A stretch of 62,698 bases of DNA, filler included, from Gonapodya sp. JEL0774 (taxonomy: Eukaryota), in NCBI GenBank assembly GCA_027604505.1. It is 12 parts of 12 records of this genome, joined end to end, with 100 filler letters (N's around TTAATTAATTAA, not from the genome) between each part and the next. Parts side by side here need not be neighbours in the genome. Positions count along the whole stretch, not along the records: positions 21,007 to 26,154 come from JADIIX010000779.1; positions 26,255 to 31,396 come from JADIIX010000780.1; 10 more parts are not named here. One strand, 5' to 3'. Each line of letters starts with the position of its first letter. The first letter of the stretch is position 1. Below the pieces are notes generated by a model. The model was not told the origin of the DNA. It worked only from the letters and a program-made list of their open reading frames with translations, and searched no databases. Shown piece by piece: positions 21,007 through 31,496 of the stretch. A program made the position numbers and the translations under genes.

Positions 21007-22332
21007 ACAAACCTCGAAGACGTTGGAGGAGCGCCAGAGAGTCGGCGAGAAGATCGGTCAAGCCATCACGGAAAAGAATGTGACGGATGTGCTCAGAATG
21101 AAAACGAGGACGGTGGCGGAGTAGTGGCAGGGGAGAACGATTGTGGACTAAATCCAAGGCCTGCTGGTTCGTCAGATTACACACCGACTCCTGACGACGG
21201 CACGACGTCGGACTCAGATTCGGCGTCAAGTACATCGTCCATCTCTTCGGAAATGCCCCTTATCCTCATTCCTCGTATTCTCATGCTCCACGGACCCATC
21301 GCAGTGTCCGACCAAGCACTGACGGACACGGGACTCTCCCTCGATGAGTTTCGGGGGACGGTGCTCGGCATGACGCTCGTGTACTGGAGGAGACGTGTGC
21401 TGGCAAGCCCTCAAGGGTTCAGGGACACGACGACTGAGATTCTGGATGCGTATGTCGCTTCGCTCCCCGGACCCACTGAGCTGCTTCACCTCCCACGAGC
21501 CCATGTTTCGGCACCATCAGATCCTCCATCTATGGCGGAGGAGCTTCTTACCCACCTTTTCGAGCCGTCTGCCTTGTTACCCCGGACATTCCGAGCGCAA
21601 ACGTCCGCCCTTCGTCGCCTCTTCATCGCCACATCGCATCCGTCCATCTCACCATACATACCACCACTCTTCCAAGACGCTAAACTTGCTGCTACTCTCA
21701 TATCATGGGACGAACATTGCTGGTCGTGGTGCATCATCCAGTCCCGAGCCATCGGCTTGTGGTACGGTCCGACGCTCGTCCCCGTGGTAGATCTCTTGAA
21801 CCACCACCACCCACCATCTGTCGTCTGCTTTCCCAAGCGTCGAAAACCTCGGCATACCGCGGATAATTCAGGTCGCGTGGTGGAGGACCACGACGGGTTG
21901 GCGGTCTCGTTCGAGGCGATACACAGCGTTGCGGCGGGACAGGAACTAGTGTGGAACTATTCTGCGCACAATGATGATGTGGGGTGGTTGTTGGGGTATG
22001 GATTCGTGCCGGCTGATGGGAAGAGTTCCGCTTCAGGGAGCATGGATGCAATGTTGTCTGTGGAGGGCGTAAATGAAATCGAAGAGTGTGTGGACGGCGG
22101 GAACGCAAAAGCACGCGGTGTGAAAGAAACCTCTGCTTTGAGGCTTGATGATATCCAGCAGCGTGTCGAACGTTATCGGCATGGTCTGAGAAAGATCGAC
22201 ACTCTGTTGGCAGAGTCCTGCACTGGTGATGTTAGGGATTCTCTACCTAGAGCGCTGGTTCGGGGGACGAAAACTGTTTTGGAGAGGGAACTAAGAGCGT
22301 TGGAGAGTTTCCATGTTCGAAAATTCACATGA
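21007..22332 (+). CDS. SET-domain protein lysine methyltransferase (Rubisco-LSMT/Rkm-like), 5' truncated
   Basis: WSWCIIQSRA...LVPVVDLLNH...GQELVWNY...LLGYGFV. Confidence 0.85.
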   Translation, partial: TNLEDVGGAPESRREDRSSHHGKECDGCAQNENEDGGGVVAGENDCGLNPRPAGSSDYTPTPDDGTTSDSDSASSTSSISSEMPLILIPRILMLHGPIAVSDQALTDTGLSLDEFRGTVLGMTLVYWRRRVLASPQGFRDTTTEILDAYVASLPGPTELLHLPRAHVSAPSDPPSMAEELLTHLFEPSALLPRTFRAQTSALRRLFIATSHPSISPYIPPLFQDAKLAATLISWDEHCWSWCIIQSRAIGLWYGPTLVPVVDLLNHHHPPSVVCFPKRRKPRHTADNSGRVVEDHDGLAVSFEAIHSVAAGQELVWNYSAHNDDVGWLLGYGFVPADGKSSASGSMDAMLSVEGVNEIEECVDGGNAKARGVKETSALRLDDIQQRVERYRHGLRKIDTLLAESCTGDVRDSLPRALVRGTKTVLERELRALESFHVRKFT

Positions 22333-22546
22333 CATTCACTGGGACCATTTAACGATTTCGATTCAAGATTCATTGTTGATGTATGAAAGAGCTTTTACAC
22401 AAAAGAAGACTACCTTTGCTTTTTCTATGCATTGATTTCAACCGAAAGAAACAAAGCTACTTTGTTGGTTTCGACTCCCATGCAAAGGATCCAACACGCC
22501 ATTCAAAACTGTCACATATGCAATTATCCCGCTCCGCCTGCGTCGT

Positions 22547-23437
22547 TCACTTGATGTCGATCCTCTTCGGCTCGGGCTTTTTCTCCTCGACTTTGCCGAT
22601 GGACACCTGGAGCACGCCGTTGTCGAACTTGGCGTCAACCTCTGTTTCGAAAGGAACACACGGGAGATCAGCATCTGCACTTGAATCAAAAATACAAAGC
22701 AACACAATTGAAGTACTCACGGTCCTGCTTCGCGGTCTGCGGAAGCCTGAAAGCCCTCTGGAACGACCCGTACGATCTCTCGACTACGTGGCGAGTCTCG
22801 TCCTTGGTCTCCTTCTCTTCCTTGCGCTCGGCCTTGATCGAGAGGATGTCGTTCTCAATAGAAAGGTGAATGTCCTAGCGGAAATGAACGAGAAAAGGAA
22901 TATGAGGTGAAGCGGCAAAGAGGTCGTTCTCAGAGCACTTTCCAACCCACCTCCTTCTTGACACCGGGAAGATCCGCTTTCACAAGAAAAGCTTGCGGGG
23001 TTTCGCTAACATCGACTCTAGAAGTAGAATGAGTGGTGAGACATTGTGTATCACTCCTTTCCTCGTCAAGACCTGAACACGTCACATTCAAACTCACCGG
23101 AACGCCCTTCCATCTCGTCCCCACGGAGCAAGCCAGCCCTTTGGCTGCTGCGACTGCGAGCCCCTCTGCGCAACTTGTTGCTTGCTTTGACCGTTGTTGG
23201 GAGCTGCACTCCCGTTGCCTTGCTGCGCAGCCTCGTCCTCACCCGCGCCGGTGATGTGGCGTATGCGATGGTCGATGTAGCCGGGAAGGCGATAGAAGGG
23301 ATCGGCGAGAGGGTCACGGAAGAACGGCTGTATGAAAGAGGGATCGAGTGAGTGTAACTGAGAGAGAGAATGGGTGCCAAAGGAAGTCCTATGACTCAAC
23401 TCACGTCATCAAACATGTCCCACGAGAAGAAAGCCAT
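22547..23437 (-). CDS. Small heat-shock protein (HSP20/alpha-crystallin domain), multi-exon
   Basis: VDVSETPQAFLVKADLPGVKKE|DIHLSIENDILSIKAERK...ERSYGSFQRAFRLP...AKFDNGVLQVSI...KRIDIK. Confidence 0.93.
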
Positions 23438-23586
23438 TGTTGTTGTTGTATGGAAACTTTCGAGTTTTAGCTGAGAGTTGTATTTGCGAGTTGAAGTTTT
23501 CTAGTTGGATTTCGGATTGAGTTCGATTGAGCGAGTATGGGCGAACAAGGTGACGTATTTATGTGGGTGACTCAGTGTGGCGCAGC

Positions 23587-23604
23587 TTCCCGAAAGTTCT
23601 AGAC
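23587..23604. promoter_or_regulatory. Heat-shock element upstream of HSP20
   Basis: TTCccGAAagTTCtaGAC, three perfect alternating nGAAn units 150 nt upstream of the ATG. A TATA-like CATAAATA lies on the minus strand near 23556. Confidence 0.8.
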
Positions 23605-23960
23605 TTCACACTGTCACGCAATCCCCTTGGAACGACCACGTCAGCCATTTTTTCTATCACGTTCTAAACGTTGATCTCGGTGGTGAGCCGTTAGTTGGTA
23701 ACCGGAACCGCTTCATACTGGCTTTTTATACTTGTATGTCAGTGATTAGGGAAAGCTTGGAATCGCCATACGGAGAGACGAGACGCCATTCCTCTTGATC
23801 AACTCTCCCGTGTTTGGGGTTGCGATGCGCTTCGTATCCGGTATCAACTCCGTTGCAGTATGTTTGTNNNNNNNNNNNNNNNNNNNNNNNNNNNNNNNNN
23901 NNNNNNNNNNNNNNNNNNNNNNNNNNNNNNNNNNNNNNNNNNNNNNNNNNNNNNNNNNNN

Positions 23961-24919
23961 CGTGCGGAGGTTGGGAGTCGCGCACGGGAATCAAACGAAA
24001 GAAACACAAACCGAACAAAACCATTTCCATCAGGGCGGCTACTCCTCGGGCGAGCATAGCGAAGACTACCGCTGGGTCTGGCTCAAATCCAAACTCCGCG
24101 AGCACAAACTCCCTCCCGCCCTCTTCTCCCTCTTCAACCTCGTCTTCATCGCCACCTACCAACACTTCCTCATATGGCTCTTCACTTCACCGTCGTACGT
24201 CGCGTCGGCGTCGGCGTATATGGGGTGGACCACGGTGGATACGGTGGCGACGGTCGGGTTCTTGGGCGCGGTGGCGTTGGAGACCGTGGCGGATAATCAG
24301 CAGTGGGAGTTTTACGAGGTCAGGAGGAAAGTGAGGGAAGGGAAACTCAAAGCTAACGAGCTTGAGGCTGGTGTGGCCGCCGATGTGCAGAGAGGGTTCC
24401 TGTCACGGGGTCTGTTCGCGTGAGTCCGGGCTCTTTTTTCTCGGGGCGCCGTGGGTGGCCTTTTGCAGCGCGCCCCGTTCGTTTTCTTCAATGTGTAACC
24501 CCTTTCGTTCGTATCACGTGATACCAACTTCCTAAAACTGCGCACACTCGCATGTAGCTACTCCCGCCATCCAAACTTTTTCGGCGAACAAGCCGTTTGG
24601 TGGTCCTACTACCTCTTCGCCGTGTCCGCATCCGGAAATTGGCTCAACTGGTCCGGAGCCGGAGTGTTTTTGCTGTCGTTGCTGTTCCAGGTACGCACTC
24701 TGTTCTGTCCCTTAGCCGTGCCTCAATCGATTCGATAAATCCACAATCCGCGAATCATCCCCCTACATCCAGGGCACCGGCCCCATCACCGAATACATCA
24801 GCACCTCAAAGTACCCCGAGTACACAACGTACCAACGCCGTGTACCGAGGGCGTTCGTGCCCTGGCCCTGGAAGGCGGCCATCACCAGGGACGGCAGGTT
24901 CAAGAGCGAGTTGAACTGA
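23961..24919 (+). CDS. DUF1295 / steroid 5-alpha-reductase-like membrane protein (5' part lies in a gap)
   Basis: GGY...EDYRW; ETVADNQQWEF; GFLSRGLFA|YSRHPNFFGEQAVWW; TEYISTSKYPEY..YQRRV. Confidence 0.88.
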
Positions 24920-25224
24920 AAATAGCGGACTTTACATCAGACTTTTTGTGTACTTGTACTATACATAAGTATGTATAACTATGGGGGAAAACGCAACATC
25001 GTTTTGAAAACCAACCACCACGATCTGAATTACTTCAGCCAAGCTTTCTCACCTCTGCAGAGGAAGGACGATTATGCAGTGCGGTGCATCGTGTTTCAAT
25101 ATTACGTCAGTTGTGTAGTGCTTTATTCACTGAGGGCCAGAGTACTCGACAAAACGCAAAGAACTCGTACAAATCTACAACGGGTAAATATGAATCATCT
25201 ATTTGACATTTGGCTCCGCGCTAA

Positions 25225-26154
25225 CTAGAAGATGCTCAGTTGTGATGATCTTGTCATCGGAGAGTTCCAGCCCCCCGCGCTCCGCGACTGATCATCGGCA
25301 CCAGCAACGAAGCAAACATGAATCAAACACCGTTCGATCATTTCGAAAGAGCGCTTTCTCAACCACTCACCGGTGATGTTGGCCTTCTTCCCAACAAACT
25401 CTCCGTCTCGTACTATGCTCCAGACGGCAACTGCGTAGAGGATCGCCGCTGCAATGAAGCAGCTCGCGTTGATGAAATGACCCGTGGTATAATACGGTGC
25501 GTCGGATGGTTGGTAGATTTGTGGACCGATGACTCCGCCTGTTGATGAACGCGATGTCAGGCGATGGGTAAGCGGACCACGACCGAGCACAGAGCAGCGA
25601 TCGTTTCGGGACAAGCGGAGCTCACCTATGTTACCCACTGCGAGAACAAATGCCGAGCGGAGAGCAGCTCGGGACGAGCCCTTGGTGGTGATGGTGGCGA
25701 ATCCAGTGCACATTGCGACGACTGTATACCATGGCAGCCAAATGGGCTTGTGACTTGAAGCGGATTTGCGCGCTGTGAAGAGGATCGCAAACACACTCAC
25801 ATGAATTGGCTGTGGTCGTGAAGAACAAGAGTCCGTACCGTCCGTACGCACTCAGTTGAGGCTGAACGGTGGCGAGGAGGAAGTACCCAATCATGGGGCA
25901 CACAAGAGTCGCAACACCGTGATAAAGCTTTTCTTGGAAGTGATCTGACGACAAGTTCCTGGTATGGGAGACGGAACCGTGAGTGATTGTGAATTGAGGC
26001 CTGATCAGCTTGCAATCGACAGCTGGATTGTCTACACACAAAAGAATAACAAAAATAGCCTGACAAAACGAAGGAGCTATGGACAGGAGCTGTGCTTTTG
26101 TCGAAACAAAGCCCATAAGCTTGATAACCTGCAAAACGAACAGTGGGATATGAG
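25225..26154 (-). CDS. MFS transporter, C-terminal half, multi-exon
   Basis: MGFVSTKAQLLSIAP; SSDHFQEK; RYGLLF; SAFVLAVGNIG|GVIGPQIYQPSDAPYYTTGH. Confidence 0.85.
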
Positions 26155-26421
26155 NNNNNNNNNNNNNNNNNNNNNNNNNNNNNNNNNNNNNNNNNNNNTT
26201 AATTAATTAANNNNNNNNNNNNNNNNNNNNNNNNNNNNNNNNNNNNNNNNNNNNGTTGAACACACAATATTATATTCAGAAAATCGATGCGACAATGTCT
26301 GTTGTTACCAAGTCAGCATGCACCAACTCCAACGTGCACCGGAACACACGCAGCTCCTGCATTGACTTGTCGCTTCACACCCTCTCCCCACCACGCCAAG
26401 TGCGCTTGCCGTTGGATTATT

Positions 26422-28249
26422 TCAGGCCATCTTGTCAGCCTCGGCCTTCGCCTCCACAAAGGCGGAACGTAGGTCCTCCTGGAGGTCCTCGAACTCCTCC
26501 AGTCCAACAGAGAGGCGAACAAGCTCTGGAATAGTGTTGGGGTCTGTTTTCGAGCAGTTAGAAGCACGTGGTGTACTTTGCGACCCAGTGGTCAAGGTCA
26601 GATACACACCGACAGCATGTCTCCACTCAGCCAGGGACTCGACTCCACCCAGACTCGTCGCGTTGGCAAACAGGCGCATTTTGAGCACGGCAAGACGGGC
26701 GTAGTGTGCATTCTTGAACTGCGGAAACCGTAGGCAATGAGTTGGCCCGGCAACCTGAACGACCCAACAAATATGCAGAACCCACCACGACTGCAAAACA
26801 CGCTGCATGTCCCCCAACAAGGTACTTGCTCGCCACCTCGTGACCCTTTGTCCCGGGGACACTCGTATGCAGAACTTTGTCAACCACGCTGAGCGCTTGC
26901 TCGTCGCCCGCCCTCGCGTCGGCACCGGAAAGCCAAGCGGCGAGTTTGGTAGCCGTGGCAGATTGCCGGGTGACACGGAGCGGGAGGGATCGGAGTGAGC
27001 GCAGGAGGAGGGATGATTCGAGAGAGCCGGGTTGCCAGCCGTTATTTGTTCGGTCTTCCCGGGGCTGGGGATGAGGGTGGGTGAAGGTGGTTGAAATTAT
27101 TCCTTGTGCCGGACGAGGGCGTGGTCAGGGCTGCGAAGGGAGCCTGCCGTGACTTAGAAAACGTACACCAAGAGCCGCTTTGGGACTGGTTTTGGTTTGA
27201 GATGGCGCGAAGCCGGCGGAAGCCCTTGCTGAGGGATCCGGAAAACAAACCACAAAACAGGAATCCTCACTCCGTCACTACAAGAACGCCACCCATCAAG
27301 TCCGAGTGCCCGCCCATGTATTTTGTCGTGCTGTGCATGACGATGTCGACACCTCATGTGACGTTGCAAGAAGGGAGCACGTGATTCAAAACACGAAAAT
27401 GAGGGATGAACAAAGCGTAGGCGTACCGTGCCTGAGTGGGAACTGTAGCGGTGGTGGGGCGAACGTGCCATCGATGGCCACGAACGCGCCGGGCACACGA
27501 CGGGAGGTCCACCATTCGAGGTCTTGCGTTTGAAATGGGTCAAAGAGTTGGTAGGGTAGAGTGCTCTATCCAGGCAGTAGACTCTCACCTTCAACATCAT
27601 TTGTCGGGTTCATGGGCGATTCAAGAAGGACCAAGTCCCCTGGTCGGGATTCGTACTTGCCGTAGATACCCGATGCGGTCTCGAAAGTGTCGAGGTAAAG
27701 AATCTCAACGTCTCGGCCCCGTCTGAGGAGAAACGAAACAAAATTGCACAGTACGACCAAGATTAGTGCCAAATCATTCAGTTGGGCGAGAAGAACTCAC
27801 TGATAGGTCCGAGCAGCGGCCTCTGACCCGAAATAACCGGCGCGAGACTTGATAATGCGCTTTGGCTGGTAGAAAACGAGCATAGCGTGGACGGCATTCA
27901 AGCCTGATCCATAGCTGACAGCGTAGGCTTTTGGAGGCAGGTTGTTTGCGGATCCTCCGGCTGGCGAGTCAGAGGGATACGCCGATTCGAGAGCCGCAAC
28001 AACCACCTCGACCCGCTCTATGATGGGCGAAGAGTCACGCGAGTAAATGTGCTGCACAGGCTCATGAGGGTCAGACGGAACATGGTCTGGATTTCTCGGC
28101 CAGTCGTTGTAGGAAGGTGGGTGACGGAAGGTTGTTGAGACCGAGATTGCAGGAGCCACGGGGCCCGTTGGGTCCAGTTGTGCAAGATGGTCGTCTGCGT
28201 GGACTGCGACGGACGCGAGCGAGAGCGGACCGCGGTGTGCTTGAGCCAT
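26422..28249 (-). CDS. Cys/Met metabolism PLP-dependent enzyme (cystathionine gamma-synthase/lyase family), multi-exon
   Basis: VAPAISVSTTF; YSR; GSGLNA; LESPMNP; DGTFAPP; HSTTKYMGGHSD (PLP lysine); ATSLGGVESL; LVRLSVGLE. Confidence 0.92.
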
Positions 28250-28570
28250 GTTGGTTGAGGGATATTTACCCCCGCACTCTCCAAATATGGACATTCTGTC
28301 CGCGCTCTCCTTGGGAAGAGAAACGAGCGTACTCGCGTTCCTTAACTTTTCCACGGGCATCGTCTGTGAGCGTCTTCGTGTTCCCCTATACAAACAGTGC
28401 GGCATTAATTCCGCCTGGAATGACCTCGCTAAAGCTTCTGAGGGGTGCTCATGGTACTGTAATAGACGCAAACAACGTCGTATAAAAAAGGTCGGGGAAG
28501 TCAGTGAATGGCAGCATGCACAACGCGGCGCGTGTCTCTGCAACATCGAACATTAAGGCCATGCACTCGC

Positions 28571-28657
28571 GCGACAACTTCAAGCGTGTCACGGTGCTGT
28601 TGCTCTTCAGCAGCGCATCTGCAAGCGCCATCGCACCGCGTTCTCCGAATCCGTTCC
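28571..28657 (-). pseudogene. Orphan 87-nt exon encoding one ribonuclease-inhibitor-type LRR unit
   Basis: ccag|GG AAC GGA TTC GGA...TTG TCG C|gcgagt translates to NGFGERGAMALADALLKSNSTVTRLKLS. The exon is phase 1-1 and no other LRR exons are recognisable nearby. Confidence 0.65.
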
Positions 28658-28669
28658 CTGGACAGTCCC

Positions 28670-28803
28670 GGGGGGCGGGGGGCGGGGGACGGTAGACGTG
28701 GGAGAGGGGAGGGGGTACTGTTGCCGCGGAACGAGCAGCAGGGAGTGTAGAAGGGGGACCGGGAACGGGGACCGGGGGACGTACGGGGAACGGGGAACGG
28801 GGA
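28670..28803 (+). repeat. G-rich short tandem repeats (GGGGAAC/GGGGACC units)
   Basis: gggaccgggaacggggaccgggggacgtacggggaacggggaacggggacc. A similar aacggggaacggggaacgg occurs at 61655. Confidence 0.7.
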
Positions 28804-29089
28804 CCTGTGGACGGTCTCACGGCAAAGAAACACGATACGGTCCGTGCCGAGGTACTGTGTCTATTTTAACGGAACGTGTGCAGCCATGTATGGACAGTCA
28901 TAAAGCGGGGGCACTGCATCACGGGTACGCAAGACGTGGTCCACGGTCCATGGGTCCATCCGGCCCAAATCGACCAGTGTCCAAAGTGCCCACACCTCTA
29001 GCGTACCACCAACCCTTGCACGACCTCGATCCTCCTACCGACGCGGCCCTCCCACCATCAACCAGTCCATCAACCGACACACACGATCC

Positions 29090-29767
29090 TCACAACTTCC
29101 ATGGCACATCGATGATGTGCTTATCGGGCAACGAGAATATGGGCTTCGTGGGTGCGAACCTCTCCTCGTCGTCGTACTGGGACTTGATGTCTGGGAGGAC
29201 CTCTGAGTCCGTGCCACGCGGGACGACCTCGTAATCTTGACCGACGGGCACGGCGACACCGTGGCGAGGCTTGAAGACGAGTTCTGGCGCGCGGAGACGG
29301 GATATGGGGACGGGTTCGGGCTGTCTCCATTGGGCTGTTTCTTTTGCGCGGGCGACGAAGAGGTCAGCATACGTTTTCGTCTCCTGCTCAATGACCTGGA
29401 TGGAAGAGAGCGAGTCCGCGGTATTGCCGATGATTGAGGATATGGGGTGGGGTTTTTCGCCACCCTTTGTGATCCAGTCGTCGAAGCGGGAGAGGAAGAG
29501 GAGGGCGGCGAACGAGAGGACGAGAGCGGGCCAGAAGGGGGAGGAGAAGGACTCTGAGCGGGAGTAGACAGAGTCGTGACCAATGTGGGATGGGTCTGCG
29601 TTAGGGTCAGTGGGGTGGTGGGAGTGGGAGTGGTCATGGGAGTGGTCAGAGTGGGCCGAGTGTGCGGATGCGAGAGAATGGCGGGCGAGAGAGAAGAGGC
29701 GGAGAGAGAGTGCAGGGGAGGAAGAAGGGATTGGTGCAAGGGCAGCAGAGCGGGAGAGGCGCAGCAT
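29090..29767 (-). CDS. Mitochondrial membrane protein, probably the complex I 17.8-kDa-type accessory subunit
   Basis: Presequence MLRLSRS..., His-rich linker, ESFSSPFW plus a TM helix, and RLRAPELVF...VPVGQD, resembling the fungal 17.8 kDa subunit C-terminal motif. Confidence 0.5.
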   Translation of the reverse strand: MLRLSRSAALAPIPSSSPALSLRLFSLARHSLASAHSAHSDHSHDHSHSHHPTDPNADPSHIGHDSVYSRSESFSSPFWPALVLSFAALLFLSRFDDWITKGGEKPHPISSIIGNTADSLSSIQVIEQETKTYADLFVARAKETAQWRQPEPVPISRLRAPELVFKPRHGVAVPVGQDYEVVPRGTDSEVLPDIKSQYDDEERFAPTKPIFSLPDKHIIDVPWKL

Positions 29768-30083
29768 GGTGGGAGAGTGTTGAGTGGGACCGAGACAACA
29801 GAGGGGAGTGGGGAGTGGGGACGACGCAACGGATGCAGGGACACAGCTGTTGCAGGCGGCGTCGACGGTCGCTCGGGCTTTCACAGGTCGAGATTGCACG
29901 CGTCGATTCCTTGGTCGCACTCCAGAAAAAGTGTCCAGCTGGTGTCGGTGTCGGTGGGGCTGAGTACGGGGAAGAAGGAGGGCTGGTCCGTGCACATGTG
30001 CCACTTCTGCTTGTACACGTGCTCCCCACCACCCACGACTTCCCATCGCCTTCTCTCCACCCCTTCACTCCCCATCACACCCC

Positions 30084-30761
30084 ATGTTCTCCTCCCTTTG
30101 GCCCTCCCCCCCATCTCCCACTCCAACCACCCCTTCCACCCCTTCCCACCCTCCCACCCACCTCTCAAAACCACCAGACAAGGACACAAGACTGAAATGC
30201 TGGGCCGCACGCGACGAATACTGGAAGTGTCTCGATGACAATGGACTCTGGCTCCATGGTCTCAGGCCAAGACCTGCTGGTTCTGGTGGTTCTGGTGGTG
30301 GAACCGCGACTGGGAGCACGACCCGTAATACAGGATCGAATCCTCAACCATCACGCGACCCGCAAAACGACATCGACCCCTCCCTCCAACTCTCCTCCGA
30401 CCCAAACCTCCGTCCAAACCCCTTCACATCTCCTCCCACATCGACGTCCACTTCCGACCCCTCGAGCACCTCACAAGCAGCCCCATCTCATCCCCGCCCT
30501 GCAACCACCAATGAGCCCCCCTCCGTCTCCATCAACCGCGACCTCTCCCCGCAGGACATCCACCTCCTCTCCGTCTGCGCCCACTTCAAGGACACTTTTG
30601 AGCGCGAGTGTCTCCCCTCATGGGTCCAACACTTCAACTCAAAACGTATCGCCGATATGCGCATGGCTAGATTGAGACAGGAGGCCGAGAGGGAGCAGGA
30701 GAGGATGGAGAGGGAGATGGAGGAGGCGAGGAAGAGGAAGAAGGGGAGTGGGTGGTTCTAG
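30084..30761 (+). CDS. COA6: Cytochrome c oxidase assembly factor 6
   Basis: PPDKDTRLKCWAARDEYWKCLD (CX9C) and CAHFKDTFERECLPSWVQHFNSKR (CX10C). Confidence 0.85.
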   Translation: MFSSLWPSPPSPTPTTPSTPSHPPTHLSKPPDKDTRLKCWAARDEYWKCLDDNGLWLHGLRPRPAGSGGSGGGTATGSTTRNTGSNPQPSRDPQNDIDPSLQLSSDPNLRPNPFTSPPTSTSTSDPSSTSQAAPSHPRPATTNEPPSVSINRDLSPQDIHLLSVCAHFKDTFERECLPSWVQHFNSKRIADMRMARLRQEAEREQERMEREMEEARKRKKGSGWF

Positions 30762-31496
30762 GACGGTCGGGTGGTTCTTGTTCTAGGGAGGGTCGCCGGT
30801 CGTGGTTGTGGTTGAGTCGTGGATCATGGGTGGATGCGGGCACAAGGAGTGTTATTTCAGGTATATATGGGACAATGAGACCGCACTGTGAGACCAGACG
30901 AGTCGAGCAGACGAGCGGGACGAACGATCGTCGGATCTCCTGGGTAGGGGGACGGGATCACGTAACCTGCCGGCATAGTTTACGGTCCATTGTTTGGTGG
31001 TTGGTGGCTGGAGACGCTTCACCACTGCATAATTGTATGTGCCCCCACTGCCCAGACACCAGGGCCCCTCTCCTCAGACACCAGGGCCCCACTCGTCAAT
31101 TACCTCTCGGGGACCTCGGGACCTCTGGCGCACGCACGCGGCACGACTGGACCGTTGGGTTGCGATTGTGCGACTTGGCGTGAGGTTCACGTGGGCGGGT
31201 TAGGCATGCATGCAGAGGTGGTTCCGATGCGTCCTCGATGGCTGTTTTTAGTCTTACGTCATGTGACTCTGACACGGTGTACTGGTGTACTAGAGAATTA
31301 CGCTCGTACCACAGAAGAGTATTAGAAGAGTGTTTGGTAATCCAAGGAGCGGCCGAAAACCGACACACTAGGAAAACATCAAATCTAACGATCGAANNNN
31401 NNNNNNNNNNNNNNNNNNNNNNNNNNNNNNNNNNNNNNNNTTAATTAATTAANNNNNNNNNNNNNNNNNNNNNNNNNNNNNNNNNNNNNNNNNNNN

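Noticed and set aside
31053..31396. 15-bp direct repeat (AGACACCAGGGCCCC) and LTR-like sequence at the contig end
   Set aside because: No second copy, termini or coding evidence in the window.
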